A DNA stretch of 64,000 bases from Amoebophrya sp. A120 (lineage: Eukaryota > Protista > Dinoflagellata), in assembly GCA_905178155.1 (NCBI GenBank), contig CAJINV010000001.1, forward strand, positions 13,971,265-14,035,264. Direction: 5' to 3'. Below are positions 1-11,340 of the stretch, one piece after another. The position numbers were made by a program, and so were the translations under genes. Within the stretch, counting starts at the first letter, position 1, and each line of letters opens with the position of its first letter. Under the pieces are notes generated by a model, which saw only the letters and a list, made by a program, of their open reading frames with translations, was not told where the DNA came from and searched no databases.

Positions 1-681
1 GAGCAAAAAAAGAAAACCCAGACGCAGCCTCCTCCTGCTGCTTTTTTTTTGGGTCTGCGCGTCGTTTCCGACTTTTTTTTTCCTGCCACATACTGCCAAG
101 AGGCGATTTTTTTTTTCCAAGCCGGCGGGCAACTTTCTGCGTTTTTTTTTCATGTGGGCGACCAAGAAAGTTTGAAATTTTCAAAGTTTTTTGAAAGTCC
201 TTTAAAAGTATTGCGACGCCTGAATTCCACCCGCCGTCGCAGGGGTAAAGTAGGTCTTCTGATTACCAACCTGAGCGCTATATTTATACCTGATTGGACG
301 GCGCGGCGTATTTGGCTAGGTCTGCAATGACTTCCTCCGGGGTCGGGGCAAGAAGCGGCATGGTAACTGCAGCGAGACACGAGAGGACGAGGTGTAGCAT
401 TTTCGTTTGTTTTTGGGGTAGAGTACTAGTGTAAATGGCGCGCTGCTGCTGCTATTTGCAATCGTTGGCGCTTCGACACAGGTGCAGCGAGGTCTGGGCT
501 CGTGGATCCGATAGCGAACGTGTAACAGAGCTGCATTTTTCGAATGGCCACAACACATGATTGATTGCTGGGAACACTTGCTCACTTTGTCTTTTTACAA
601 AAAACCACAGCCAATGGTGGAGGTTGCAAACAACTGCGCTGCGCGCGAAGACGCTGGCGATTTTGTGTTCTAATGGGGTAT

Positions 682-3600
682 TTACGCCTTCACCTTGTAC
701 AGAGCAGCAATCTTTTTGGTTTCTTTATGTCGTGACTCGCATGGTCGAGAAGCTGCGACTTTGCCTTTGCCCTTGACGTGCTTAAATTTGGGTCGACATT
801 GGATCAACTGTTCGTTGCCATCCTTGGTTGTGCGTGTCAAGCCCATTTCTCTAGCTACATCGCATATGCACACGGCAGGTTGGCGCAATCGTGCTTTTGG
901 ATCTGGTCCATCAAAACTATCAGCTATTTGACAGATAACCTGATTCTCAATTTCATGAAAAGTGCTGGCTCGAGCTTCGCCTCGTTCTTTCAACGATTTC
1001 TTCTTCTCCTGGTCCGCCTTTTTCTTGGCTTGTTTCTTGGCTTTCTGCTCCCGCAGCCGCTCCGCTTTGGTTTTAGCCGTGGTGGTTGTGGTCGTAGTCG
1101 TAGCAGCTTTTGTTGTTGTAGTGGGCGCTGCTGCGGTGTTGCTCACTGATGTACCGAAGGAGAAATCCGAGGTGAAGGACGGGGGGACGCCGCCTGCGTA
1201 GCCCGTGCCGCAATGAGTGTGTAGGTGTTGCAACGACTTCACATATTGCGCCGGGGACGGCTTGCTCGATGGGTTCTCTAACAGCAAGAAGTTGATGATC
1301 TCGTGAAATGCGACCACCGGGCTGATCTTCGCCCAGGTCCCCGCCTGGGGAATTTTGCAGATTGACGCCCGCACGCGGTGGCATTGCTCGTAGTCCTGGC
1401 TCCAGAGCTTAAACACGTAAGGCGTCAGCAGTACAATCGAGGCGACACTGAAGTCTTTTAGCGTTTTCTTCAATGTCGGCTCATCTGCGACTTCTTGTCC
1501 AGTTACTTGAGACGTTGAGATAACCGTTTGCTTGCACTGCTGGAACTCCTTTTTGGCCGTGGAGAGGAGTTCATACGTGACGCCGAAGAACGATGGTTGT
1601 AGTCCAGCACCGCTGACCGCTTGTCGGAGAGACAGGGCGACGAGGATGCTGATCATCTGGTCTTTGTGCTGGGCGCCGATAATCGGGGCAGTCCACATGT
1701 CTTCTACCTTCGTTTTCGCTTGTGCGCGCGTATAGGGCACGTCGAGGGCCGGCTGATTCATCGCGATTGCCACTAGTGCTTGTTTCTGAATCCGCTCATC
1801 GTTGTCGTCTCCGGAGATGAGAGAGGAGCCTTCGTGCAATGTGTGGAATATGTTGCTCACCTTTGCATATTTTTCCGCGGTCCAAGAGCGGTGACCGTCG
1901 ACAACTTGCATGAGGTGGCAGAACAGTACTGGGTTGAGTTTCACTGTCACATTGCCCACCGTCACGTAGAAGTGCGCGGAGTCAGCTTCAAGGTGCGGGG
2001 TCTTGTTGCTGTAGTGGTCGTAGTTTATGCCGATTGCTTCTTTGTAATGTCTCCGGTTGGTGAGACGGCACCGCTCCCTTGGCGCCGAGTCTGTAGCAGA
2101 CTCTGCGCGACCAGTAAGCGCGGCGATGAGGCGGTTGATCGGATCCTGATCATCCTGCTCATTGTTCCGTCGTTGGCGGCTGCGATCGTCACGCCGGCGC
2201 TGACTGGGGGACTGGGCTGGTGACTGCGATGCCGACGATATGCTTATTGGTGAGCGTTGTCGCTGTCTTGGTCGCCGATCCCTGGTGAATGAGAATGGAT
2301 CGCCTCCTCCTTTTCCAGCTCCTTTGGAACTCGTTTGCTGGAGCAAGGTCGTGTTTTGTACTGGCGAGAAGGAGGATCTCCTGTACCGATCGACCGGGTC
2401 GCCGGGCGACACAGATCGGCTGCAGGTGCGATGAGACGGGAGGATGTTGGTGGTTAGTTGGACTGGCCTGCTGTGTGGAGCCGCTGCTCTGCTTCCGCGT
2501 CCTCTGCTGTCTCTTCTGCGTTGTCGTCTTCCGCGACTGTCGCCTCTGCTGTCGCGTCGTCGCCGGTTGGGCGCCGTACCCGTGGTTTGTTCTAACGCGG
2601 TGGGTACTGCTGGCGCCGCGGTCGAGGAGGCCTGCGGGGGGTCCGTTTTCTTGCGCCGTGTGGTAGCAGCGGCGGTTTTTCGAGGCTGGGATGTGGATCG
2701 CGCGGCTGTTGATGTACGCTTCTTAGCCGGTTTCTTCGCCGATGGCTCCTCTTTTTCGGATTGGGCAGTAGATTCTGCTGCGCTGGTGGCATTGGTTTCT
2801 TCTGCTTCGATGTAGTCGCCCGAGAGTTCCTCGTCGTCATCCTCTTCGTCCTCGTCCTCGGACGTTGTTGCTTCGACCTGATCAAAGGGGACTTCTTTGC
2901 GCTGGTCCAGATGGATGGGATGGAGATCGTCGTAGTGCTGCATGGCCTGCGTCTCGTTCTCCACCAGAAGTTTCCGGAGCAGGTCATTTTGTTTGGTGAA
3001 CTCAGCGCCTGCTGGCTTGCAATGCTTCGGCTGGTAATACCTTTTTCGGTTGGTCTGCCCCAGGTGCACGGCCGCCCTGTGGAAGTGCCTCGCGTGCTCC
3101 CTCATCGTCCGGCTGTTGAGATCCTTGTGTAGCGGCCATATGATGCGGCAGAATTCCAGCCAGTCGAGGTACATCAGGTACAAAGTTGGTTCCAACTGCA
3201 TGGGGCTTTCCGGGAATTGGTGGAGCTCATCAATGACGGCGCCTTGCATCGGCACTTGCGCATATCGCGCTAAGCGTCCCTCTATGTGTTCTGCTAGCCA
3301 GTTCGGGACACATCCTGCTCGTTTTGCATGATACCAGGCGCATCGTACTGAGTGGGCTGGGAGTTTGAGGTCTTTCGGTATCACCGTCATTAGCGTTAGT
3401 GACGTCTGGTCTCTCGCCGGGGCGGATAAGCAAACTGCGTCGCTCAGTATGTCGCCGCGTGCCACGCTGTAATTAGTGCGTGATGGTTGATATTGCAATA
3501 ATTTGCGCTCAGAGGTCTGCTCTCATTAGTGGCATTCGCATGACACGGATCTGCATGACAGACAAAGAGTAGAGAGAGGGGAGGGGGGGGATGTACCTTT

Positions 3601-6400
3601 TCCAGTATCGGTCACTGCAATGCTTGCTCGTGAACGCGTGCTCAAGTGCGTCATCACCTGGGTGCTGTGGGTAGGTGAAGTCGGGTCTTAGTGTCGCTCC
3701 TGTCAAAAGTGCTAATCCCGCATTCTTCGGATAGCATCTTACTCCCCAGTCCCCAGCGTCAAGGGACGCTGGGCACCTGTCTTTGTGGACGTTGATGAAC
3801 AATTTGGATTGCAGGTCTCGGAGAGCCGACGCCGATGGTGCCCGGTCAAGTTGCACTTGTACTAATTCGAGTCGACGCGTTATTTCTTGGAACGGGAGTC
3901 CACTGCTAAATGTGATGCTATAGCCATCAGCTCCTTTTGGTGCTCGTTCTTGCAGTCGGCCCCAGTAGTCCACGCGGTGGCTGTCGACGTAGACGTGCTG
4001 TGACCAGCTGAAGCCTGTTGAGCTTCGATCGCCGACTGGGTCAATTTTCAACGGCGGGACCTTGAAGGGTTGCGTCGTCGGTTTGTCGGCTGCAATGGCG
4101 TTCCTCAGGATGCTTCGCGGGAGTACTTCCGCTGTTGTGCGCTCCTCCGCTTTCGGCACCGGTGGGAGTGCTGCCTCGGGTTGTGCGAAGACAGAGGATG
4201 TTGCTGGCTGTTTGTCCGCTGGGGGAGCCGCATGCTTCTTCGGCCGTCCTCTGGACTTTTTGGCCGCGTCTTCTTGGTCCGAGCTTTTGCTGCGTGATCG
4301 CTTGTTGCCTGTGCTGGCTTTTTCTCCTGTGTCCGCCTTTTTGCTGCGGGCAGTTGTTTTCTTTTCGGTATTGGCCTTGCTTGTCGCTGGCTTAGCCTCC
4401 TCATCCTTGCCTTTTTGCTGGGAGGTACTGCTGGTCGCTGTGTTCTTTGCTGTGTGGTCGCTTTTGTTGCTGCTTTGTCTACCGAACAGGTCGAGCTCGT
4501 CGTCCTGCGGCGCCAACGGGGAGCATCGATTGCAAGTTGTTCCTTGGCTGCTCCGGGTTTGTTTTCCCAGATCGAATATGCTCGGTCGTGATGAGTCGAA
4601 CTTGTAGTCGGCGAGTGTCGAGGTGACTCGGCGCGGCGAGGAAGATTTCTTGATTGGGGACGGGCCGAGGAAGAGCGCCGTAGCTGTTTTTTCCCTGTTG
4701 ATGAAGTTTCCTAGTGCCGGGGGATGCGACTGATCAAATGGCACCGACGAGCTCTTGATACCGAAGAGAGAGGAGGAAGCAGCTTGTTGCTGTTTGGCTC
4801 TCTCCCGCGCACGCTCCTCCTGCTGTGCTTTGATTTTCTTCACTATGCTGCCCATCCTTTCTCGATCATGCGGTCCGATGGTCGTGGTTTGTTTCGGCGC
4901 CTCTGGTTCTGTCGGGGCGGGAAGCTTGTTCTTGGTGTCGCCTGAAGGCGGTAATGGGGGCACGCCAGCCTCGGTCTCTTGCGTTTCGGCTGGCGGCTGC
5001 TCATCTATGATGCCTGCAAAAACAAGTGCTTGGCATTATCACACCATCATGTGGCAGGGTGCCACGTGGGCCCACCATGGGAGGGGGGGGATTGCATGAC
5101 AGGCAAGGCGGGTTTCATTCCATGCGATACATCCTTGCTCGCATGCAAAAGTCGACTTTGATTAAAACAGAGTCGATTTTTTATACCGGCTGTAGAGGGC
5201 GAAGTGAGATTTGCGCGGAGTCTCACTGTCTTCTTATCCTCGGTCTCCTTACCTATGGCGTCCTCGCTGTCGATCGCTTCCCGTAGCATCGCATGGCCCA
5301 TTGGATCAAATTGAACGCTGTGGCTAAGTTCGGACTCGGTGATTCTGAACTCAGACGGCGGGTCTGGGCTCAGATCCTTGGGGGGCACGAGGGCGACGCT
5401 CGTTCGCGGAGGGGTGCCCGGAACAGTGCGTCTTGGCAGGAGTGGGAGGTCAAATACGGGTGGTGGGCGTACGAGATGGAGAAGGCTGGTCGCCTTCGGT
5501 GACGAAGGTGTAGGTGCGTCTCGGGCGAGAAGCGGGGTACCTGTCAACTAATTTTCCGTTGCAAGCGCTCTGTGGACCGACAACGAGATTTGTTGCTTGA
5601 CACTGTTTCTCACATCAGCTGTTGTTCGTCGACAACAGTTGGTAGCTGGCGGACGCGACACGCCGTGATGTAGTGGACAAGACTAAGTCGAGACAGCACA
5701 AACACAGGGCGGACAAGACACGCCAAAAACAAAAACAGCTCTCACTCACAAATCACTGCACTACGTCCCTATTTGTAGATGTTGCCTGTCGCTGGGGCGT
5801 GGAGTTGCGGGTGGTGTTGGCACAGGAATTCCTGGGCTCTCCTTAATGGCGGCAAGGCGTCCTTGTCGTTGGGTTGGGGGTCGGTGCGAAGGGGGGCCAG
5901 GTGCACGGCTGTGTCGACCACGGTGCGCACGGCTGCTTCCTTCTCGACGATCGCAGGCTGGCTTGTAGCAGCGGCATCGGTGTGCACGGCTGTTTCCTGA
6001 GATTTGTCGCTGTCCACGGCTTTTTCCTGAATTTTGGCGCTGTACGCGGCTGCTTCGTCCGATACGGCCATGTGCTCGGCAGAGGGGGTTGTGGCAGGGG
6101 GGTCGTGCGCGGCCTTCTGGTCCGCTGGTGCTGGCTCGTCTGCTCGGATCTCCTCTTGTAGCTGCAGCTTATCTTCTTTACCTGAAGGAAAGAGATTGAT
6201 AATTTTTTCTGACGCAAGTGGCTTGATCGTAAGGGCGAATCAATATTCCAGGACAGATTGCTTACAACAGTTTTTTCTTTCTACAAGCACGCGCTGATCA
6301 GCATGCAACAACAAATTGCTATAGAAAAAGCCATACCGTTTTTTCGTCTGCCGGCGGCGCCGGCTTTGGGTGTCGCGGTCTTGTTCTTGTTTTTGGCCAT
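682..6400 (-). CDS. Orphan 5-exon gene, ~1649 aa, low-complexity with Cys/His-containing C-terminus; function unknown
   Basis: Four ORF-track entries plus a short first exon join in frame. Exons 6400-6337 (MAKNKNKTATPK), 6181-5786, 5540-5253, 5013-3597, 3466-682. Introns: GT-AG 6336-6182, GC-AG 5785-5541, GT-AG 5252-5014, GT-AG 3596-3467 (CACTAATTACAG branch/acceptor). Total 4950 nt, divisible by 3. Confidence 0.7.
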
Positions 6401-6807
6401 CTTTGTTGACAATTTAACTTTGAGTTTGTGAGTAATAGTTTGTCTCCCGTCAGAAACAGCCTAATTGGTGGGCGAATTGCGTGTAATTCGGGCCTGCACG
6501 CAATAACGCAAGCAACAAAGAAAGAACCGACTCAATCCTGCTGCTTGATCCTGCTGTTTGGTCCTGCCGAATCGCTGAGACATTGATCCTGCTGCTCGAT
6601 CGTCGCGGAACTTGTTTTTTGCGAGCTGCTGCGTCGCGATGAGATCTATTTCTTGCTGGGTGCGTGGCTGCGTGGCAAGCTGCTGTGTTGCCGCATGGCC
6701 CATGGTTGATCAATGTGGGACTGCGGGTGAACAGGGTGCGAGAGCAGTGGATCACAAAAAAAGGGGCAGCAGTGACGTACTGCACAACTGCAAAGTCTTA
6801 TAATTAC

Positions 6808-8135
6808 TTAGTCCTCAGTGATCGCCGGGCGGAATCTGTATTCGCCTCGGTCGTACCGCACTGCAAAGCGATACTGACCAAAGTAATCCAATTCGATGTT
6901 GCAAGAACGGGGCCTGTGTCCTGCCTTATGCATCAGAGCAGCACGCTTCTCGATGCCTTCGCTCAGCTGCTCTAGCGGCACACTTGCTAGCTCTAAGGAA
7001 TTTCTCGCTGCGAGCTCATTAAGTCGATCGCTCCAAGCATTCACTTTCTCATCAAAATCGAGCTGGTTATAAAAACCAGAACCGCCAGCGCCAGAGACGC
7101 AATTCTGTAAGTCGCACTCCTGCTCGCTGGTTAGCTCGGGGGCGGCAGCGTGTGGCTCGTCGGAGGGTCCTCTCACCACGACGGAATTTCTGTGCAAGAT
7201 CTGTTTTTCGCCCGTATTTTGTTGCTCGAGTCGTCGCAAATTTTGGCTGCACAGGGCCAACGGTGGAGAGCGCGCCGGCGACTTCTTGTTGCGCTTCGCT
7301 TGGCGACTCGCAGTGTACCTGTAGCAAGAAATAAATTGCAATTTGCTTGTTAAAAATTTCCTGGCATGCCGAGCACAGCATCAACATGGCTTCACAGAGA
7401 GGGCTAAAGAAACACACGAATGAGGGACTTTCCGCACAAATGCGCCGTATTCTTTTGCGGCTAGGGCAGTAAGATTACCTTTCTGGCATGCTCCCGAACT
7501 CTCGGCCCAGGGCAGCTTCTGCGGCGGCGTCAGCGAAGTCCTCGATAGACTCGGCGTCGAGCAAGTCGCTCATGAACCGGTCGTACTTCTCCTTGGTGTC
7601 GGTTCTGGTGTGGTGCTCCACTATGTACTGCCGCTGGGCCATATTGTGCAAGTCCATCTTGAGTTGATGAGAGGGCATTACACAAATTCTCCTATGTTTT
7701 TGATGATTGTTCATTGTGCCGAGCGAGCGAGAAAAGGACAAGATCACAGCGCGGCGGCCGGCATTGCCTTTTTGAGCGTGTCTATCAAGGCCCGGGCCGT
7801 CTCGGAGAGACGATTTTGCGCCGAACCGCCCTGGAACAGCAGCGCTCCTGTAGTTCGGTAGTGCGTGATCGTGACACGCTGGCCTGCGACCACGTGCGCG
7901 GTCCGTAGCGCATCACTTTCGATTCTTTCCCAGCATAGAGTCGACTGGCATGCGAGTTCCACGATCCTTACAGCGTTGTGCTCACTGTGCACCTTAGTCG
8001 GCATTTTCTGATGCTAAAACAAGATGATCCTGCTCAAAATGTGGGAAAAAAGCGGACAGGGTGATCGCTATCCGCGCACGCTGCGCTGCAAGATCCAGAA
8101 CAACGGGCACACGACGTGCATTTTGGCGATGGCAT
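6808..8135 (-). CDS. Orphan 4-exon gene, ~353 aa, N-terminal Cys cluster and a TITHYRTTGALLFQG motif
   Basis: Exons 8135-8058, 8007-7748, 7691-7479, 7318-6808 joined by GT-AG introns of 50, 56 and 160 nt in matching phases; total 1062 nt. Confidence 0.6.
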
Positions 8136-8380
8136 GGAACAGATCGTAACCTTGCTGGTGCGTAAAGCAAACAAAAGGGGCAGAAAGATGATCATGATCT
8201 CAGTGTGGAAAAAGGAGGAGCGAACATCAAGTTTTTTGCTTTCACAGGATCCAACGCGAGCATCGAGCTGCATGAGTAACCGAAGCTCTTTCGTGCTGCT
8301 ATTCGCTGCCTTGGATGCGTATTGTAGTGTGTTGACAAGCGGACCCTGGGAGTGCTAGTCTCACTGTGCTCGGACAATAC

Positions 8381-9156
8381 TCACCCGGACAGATCCCGGG
8401 CGGGGCTTTCGTTGTCTGCGTGTTATGATTTTGAAAATTTTTGAAGTTGGAAACCCCGAAGCCAATTTTTTTGCGGAAAGTTTTTCCCGGCAATTTTTGC
8501 GCCCATTTGGCAAGACGAAAACATCGGGACATGGCTGCTATGAGGGCTGTTATGGGAGGTGTTATGGGGGGCGTTATGGGGGGTGTTATGGGGGGTGTTA
8601 TGGAGGGTGTTATAGGACGCGTTATAGAACGCGTTATAGAACGCGTTGTAGATCGCGTTATAGGACGCGTTATGGGGGCGTTGAGAAACCGTGGCAAACA
8701 CCCCGGCCCGGGGTGTTATAGGATTCGTTGTGGGGCGCGTTATAAAGCGACCCCAGCAAAATCCCACACAAATTTCGCATCGCTGCCCATAGCGCGTCCT
8801 ATAACGCGCTCTATAACAAATGCCCCAGCCGTCCAAACGGGGTGGCACAACACCCAACCCCGAAGAACCACACACGCCCCCCCCACGAGAATCGAGAGCG
8901 TATCGAGGGCCCCGGCGCCCTCCGGCGCGCGGCGGCGTGCGCCCGCAGTTTGCTACAACAACACGGGCCCCGCCGCGGGGACGCCGCCGAGCTACCGCGC
9001 AAAGGCCGCCCCTTCTGCTCATGCGACGGACCTATCACGCCCCCCCTGGTGCGAACCCCTGGCCGGAGCCGCCGGCGCCCTTCCCGGGAATTTCAAAAAT
9101 TTTTTTTTTGATAACGATTTCAAAACGCCAAATCCGCCCGGGATCTGTCCGGGTGA
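8381..9156. mobile_element. Non-autonomous TIR element (MITE), 776 bp, 6-bp TSD CAATAC
   Basis: TCACCCGGACAGATCCCGGGCGG at 8381-8403 and its perfect reverse complement ending at 9156; CAATAC at 8375-8380 and 9157-9162. Confidence 0.9.
8548..8682. repeat. 12-bp tandem repeat (GTTATGGGGGGY / GTTATAGRACGC) inside the MITE
   Basis: About 11 consecutive GTTAT-anchored units; inverted copies of the unit near 8790-8818. Confidence 0.9.
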
Positions 9157-9162
9157 CAATAC

Positions 9163-10700
9163 AAACATGTAGCTGTGGTCGCTTCACGCAGTAGCGGTGT
9201 CCATGCCTGTGGTGTCTGTGTTCGGGCTGTGGTGCTGCATGTCACCTGATAGTCGATTGGTGTGGATCGTGAGGGAGTTAGCATTTTGATCACATGACGG
9301 CGTGTAAAAATGCATGGCAAACATATTGCGCTATACCTGTGCTTGTTCCGGCGCGGACGGGTGCAGGTCGTTCGCAGTGTTCTTCAGCGCGTGATGCGAC
9401 GATGCCAGGTGTGTGCATGGTGGTGCCGCAGGTCTGCATATGCAGCAGGATGCAACACCACCTGCTGTCACCGTGTGTGGTGCCAGCAGGTTGATTACTA
9501 GCTGCTCAGGTCGGCAGCCTGTAGCAGCTGGTGGCCCGCAGCGGGCTGCGCTGCGCCACGACGTCGGGCGATCAAGCATCGTGTTGCAACGTGAGTGACA
9601 ACACATAGCGTCGGGGACGACACCTACGTGCTGCGCACGGGGGTTGTGCTCCATGACTTGTGCTTGTTTGCGCCACATGGGACAGCGTGCACACACGTGC
9701 ACGCGCATGTGCGAGCGTGCTGGCCGATGCACGCGGTCATGCGGGTGGGGACCCGTACGTGCCGCTGCACGCACACTTGCAGCGTGCTGACACACACGGT
9801 TGAATGCGTACACACGCTGCGCTGGCGCCGGCGGGTGAAACCACCGTCGGCCGCAGCATGCTTGCCGGCAGGCGCGCATGCACAAACATGCGCATGCGCG
9901 CCGGCGGGCGCGTGCGTGCGCGTCGATGCGCACGCACATGTGGGTCGAGCACGTGTGCACACGGCTGTGCTACCACGTGAGCACGCCTGCGTGACGCGCG
10001 GGTCACGCAGGGCAGGACGGACGGGTCGTGCGAGTGCAACAAGACGTTGCCGCCGCAACCCGGCCGTGCAGTGCAAGGGAAAGAGCGGCGCGTCACACCA
10101 CATCGCGGTGGAGGGACACGCCGGTGCCACGGGTGGCGTGAGAAGTAGACAGGGAGCGCTACGCGCGCTCCCCGGGAGGACGTCAGGATCGCAGGCGCAC
10201 GAGCGGTGCACTGGAACCACGACGCCACCCACGCCGCACTTGGATGTGCGGGCGGGAGGTCCATGCGCCCGACCTTCACCTACGAGGTCGCACGACGCAC
10301 GGGCCTATGCACTTACACAACCCTATCTGGACCAGACGGGGAGGTGCAAGGCGGCGGGGGCGCGGCAGCTGCCAAAGCAGCGCCCCCTAGGCATGAAGTG
10401 TGAGTGCCGACACCGACGCGTGCACAGGTCTTCTAGCCTGCACACCGGTGGAGCATAACACACACGCCTTGCGGTGTCCAGCCGCACGCTGCACGGTCCC
10501 CCTCGGGGGAGCTGGCAGCGTAAGAACGCGTGCTGCAGAGGCAGCACTGGGTGCGAAGGGGTGCTCGCGCACCACAGACGCGTGTCGTGAGGGACACAAA
10601 GTCGCATCGACGCGACGGTGCTGCGTGAGGTGCAGCGCTGCGTGAGGTGCAGCGTGGCGCGAAGACGCAGCCACAGTGCCGACGGGCACAGATTCATCAC
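9163..10700. repeat. GC-rich low-complexity tract of alternating purine/pyrimidine (GCAC/GTGC/GCGC)
   Basis: Dense cacgc/gtgcg/catgc words; ORFs in all frames translate to C/A/R/V/H/T low-complexity strings. Confidence 0.65.
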
Positions 10701-11035
10701 AGATGAACCGATGGTGTACCAAGAGGTGGTAACTTTGTCATCCAGGACAAGAGAAGTTGACCTCTCCCCCGAGGTGGGACGGTCGTTTTGTACCCGAGAC
10801 CCACCCCCAGTCGCACAGCGAAAGGAGGCAGGGTCGAGCACAAACGACCGGTGGCGAAGGCCACGAAGAGGCGGTGACAGGTTGCCAGACAGGCAGCTGT
10901 CGCCGCGTGAGGGTCGAAACCGACACGACAACGAGTGCGGCTGAGCCACACAGTATGTCCAACCAATTCGTCGAGACCGCTTACGCGCGTAAACATCCAT
11001 CAGACCAAACAGCATGGGCGGCACCTCAGTCTAGT

Positions 11036-11298
11036 TACCAAGTCCTAAAAATGTCTGGGTCTGGAAGAATCCGAAATTTGTTATGGTGTTTTTGCATGAC
11101 ACAGAATGTCTGTCATGGAAGCCCTAGCATCACAGATTTTTAGAGGCCTTCCTGATGCCTATTCCGCATGACAAATGCCCTCCACGCGTAGCACAAACCG
11201 GACTCCTCTTGCTGGTCATGCAATACAGAATTTTTTAGAGTCCAAAGTTAGCATCACAAGTTCCAACCTTCCAGACCCAGACACTTTTGCAATCCATA
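11036..11298. mobile_element. Degenerate family-A TIR element; eroded termini, no TSD
   Basis: AAAAATGTCTGGGTCTGGAAG at 11047 and CTTCCAGACCCAGACACTTTT at 11268-11288; internal GATGCCTATTCCGCATGACAAATGCC matches the reverse complement of the copy at 19432-19760. Confidence 0.85.
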
Positions 11299-11340
11299 GC
11301 ACTTGTGCGCCCTTTATCGTATGAAAAATGACAATCAGCA

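Noticed and set aside
13-59. AAAACCCAGACGC (13-25) and TTTTGGGTCTGCG (47-59) look like a hairpin or a family-A end
   Set aside because: They are complementary without being reversed, so they cannot form a normal stem; short, at the window edge, and no TATC terminus.
8299-9194. ORFs with PITP/GGVM/YNAF repeats
   Set aside because: Translation artefacts of the 12-bp minisatellite within the MITE.
9331-11024. Overlapping 180-290 aa ORFs on both strands
   Set aside because: GC-rich low-complexity sequence lacking stops; no family motifs.
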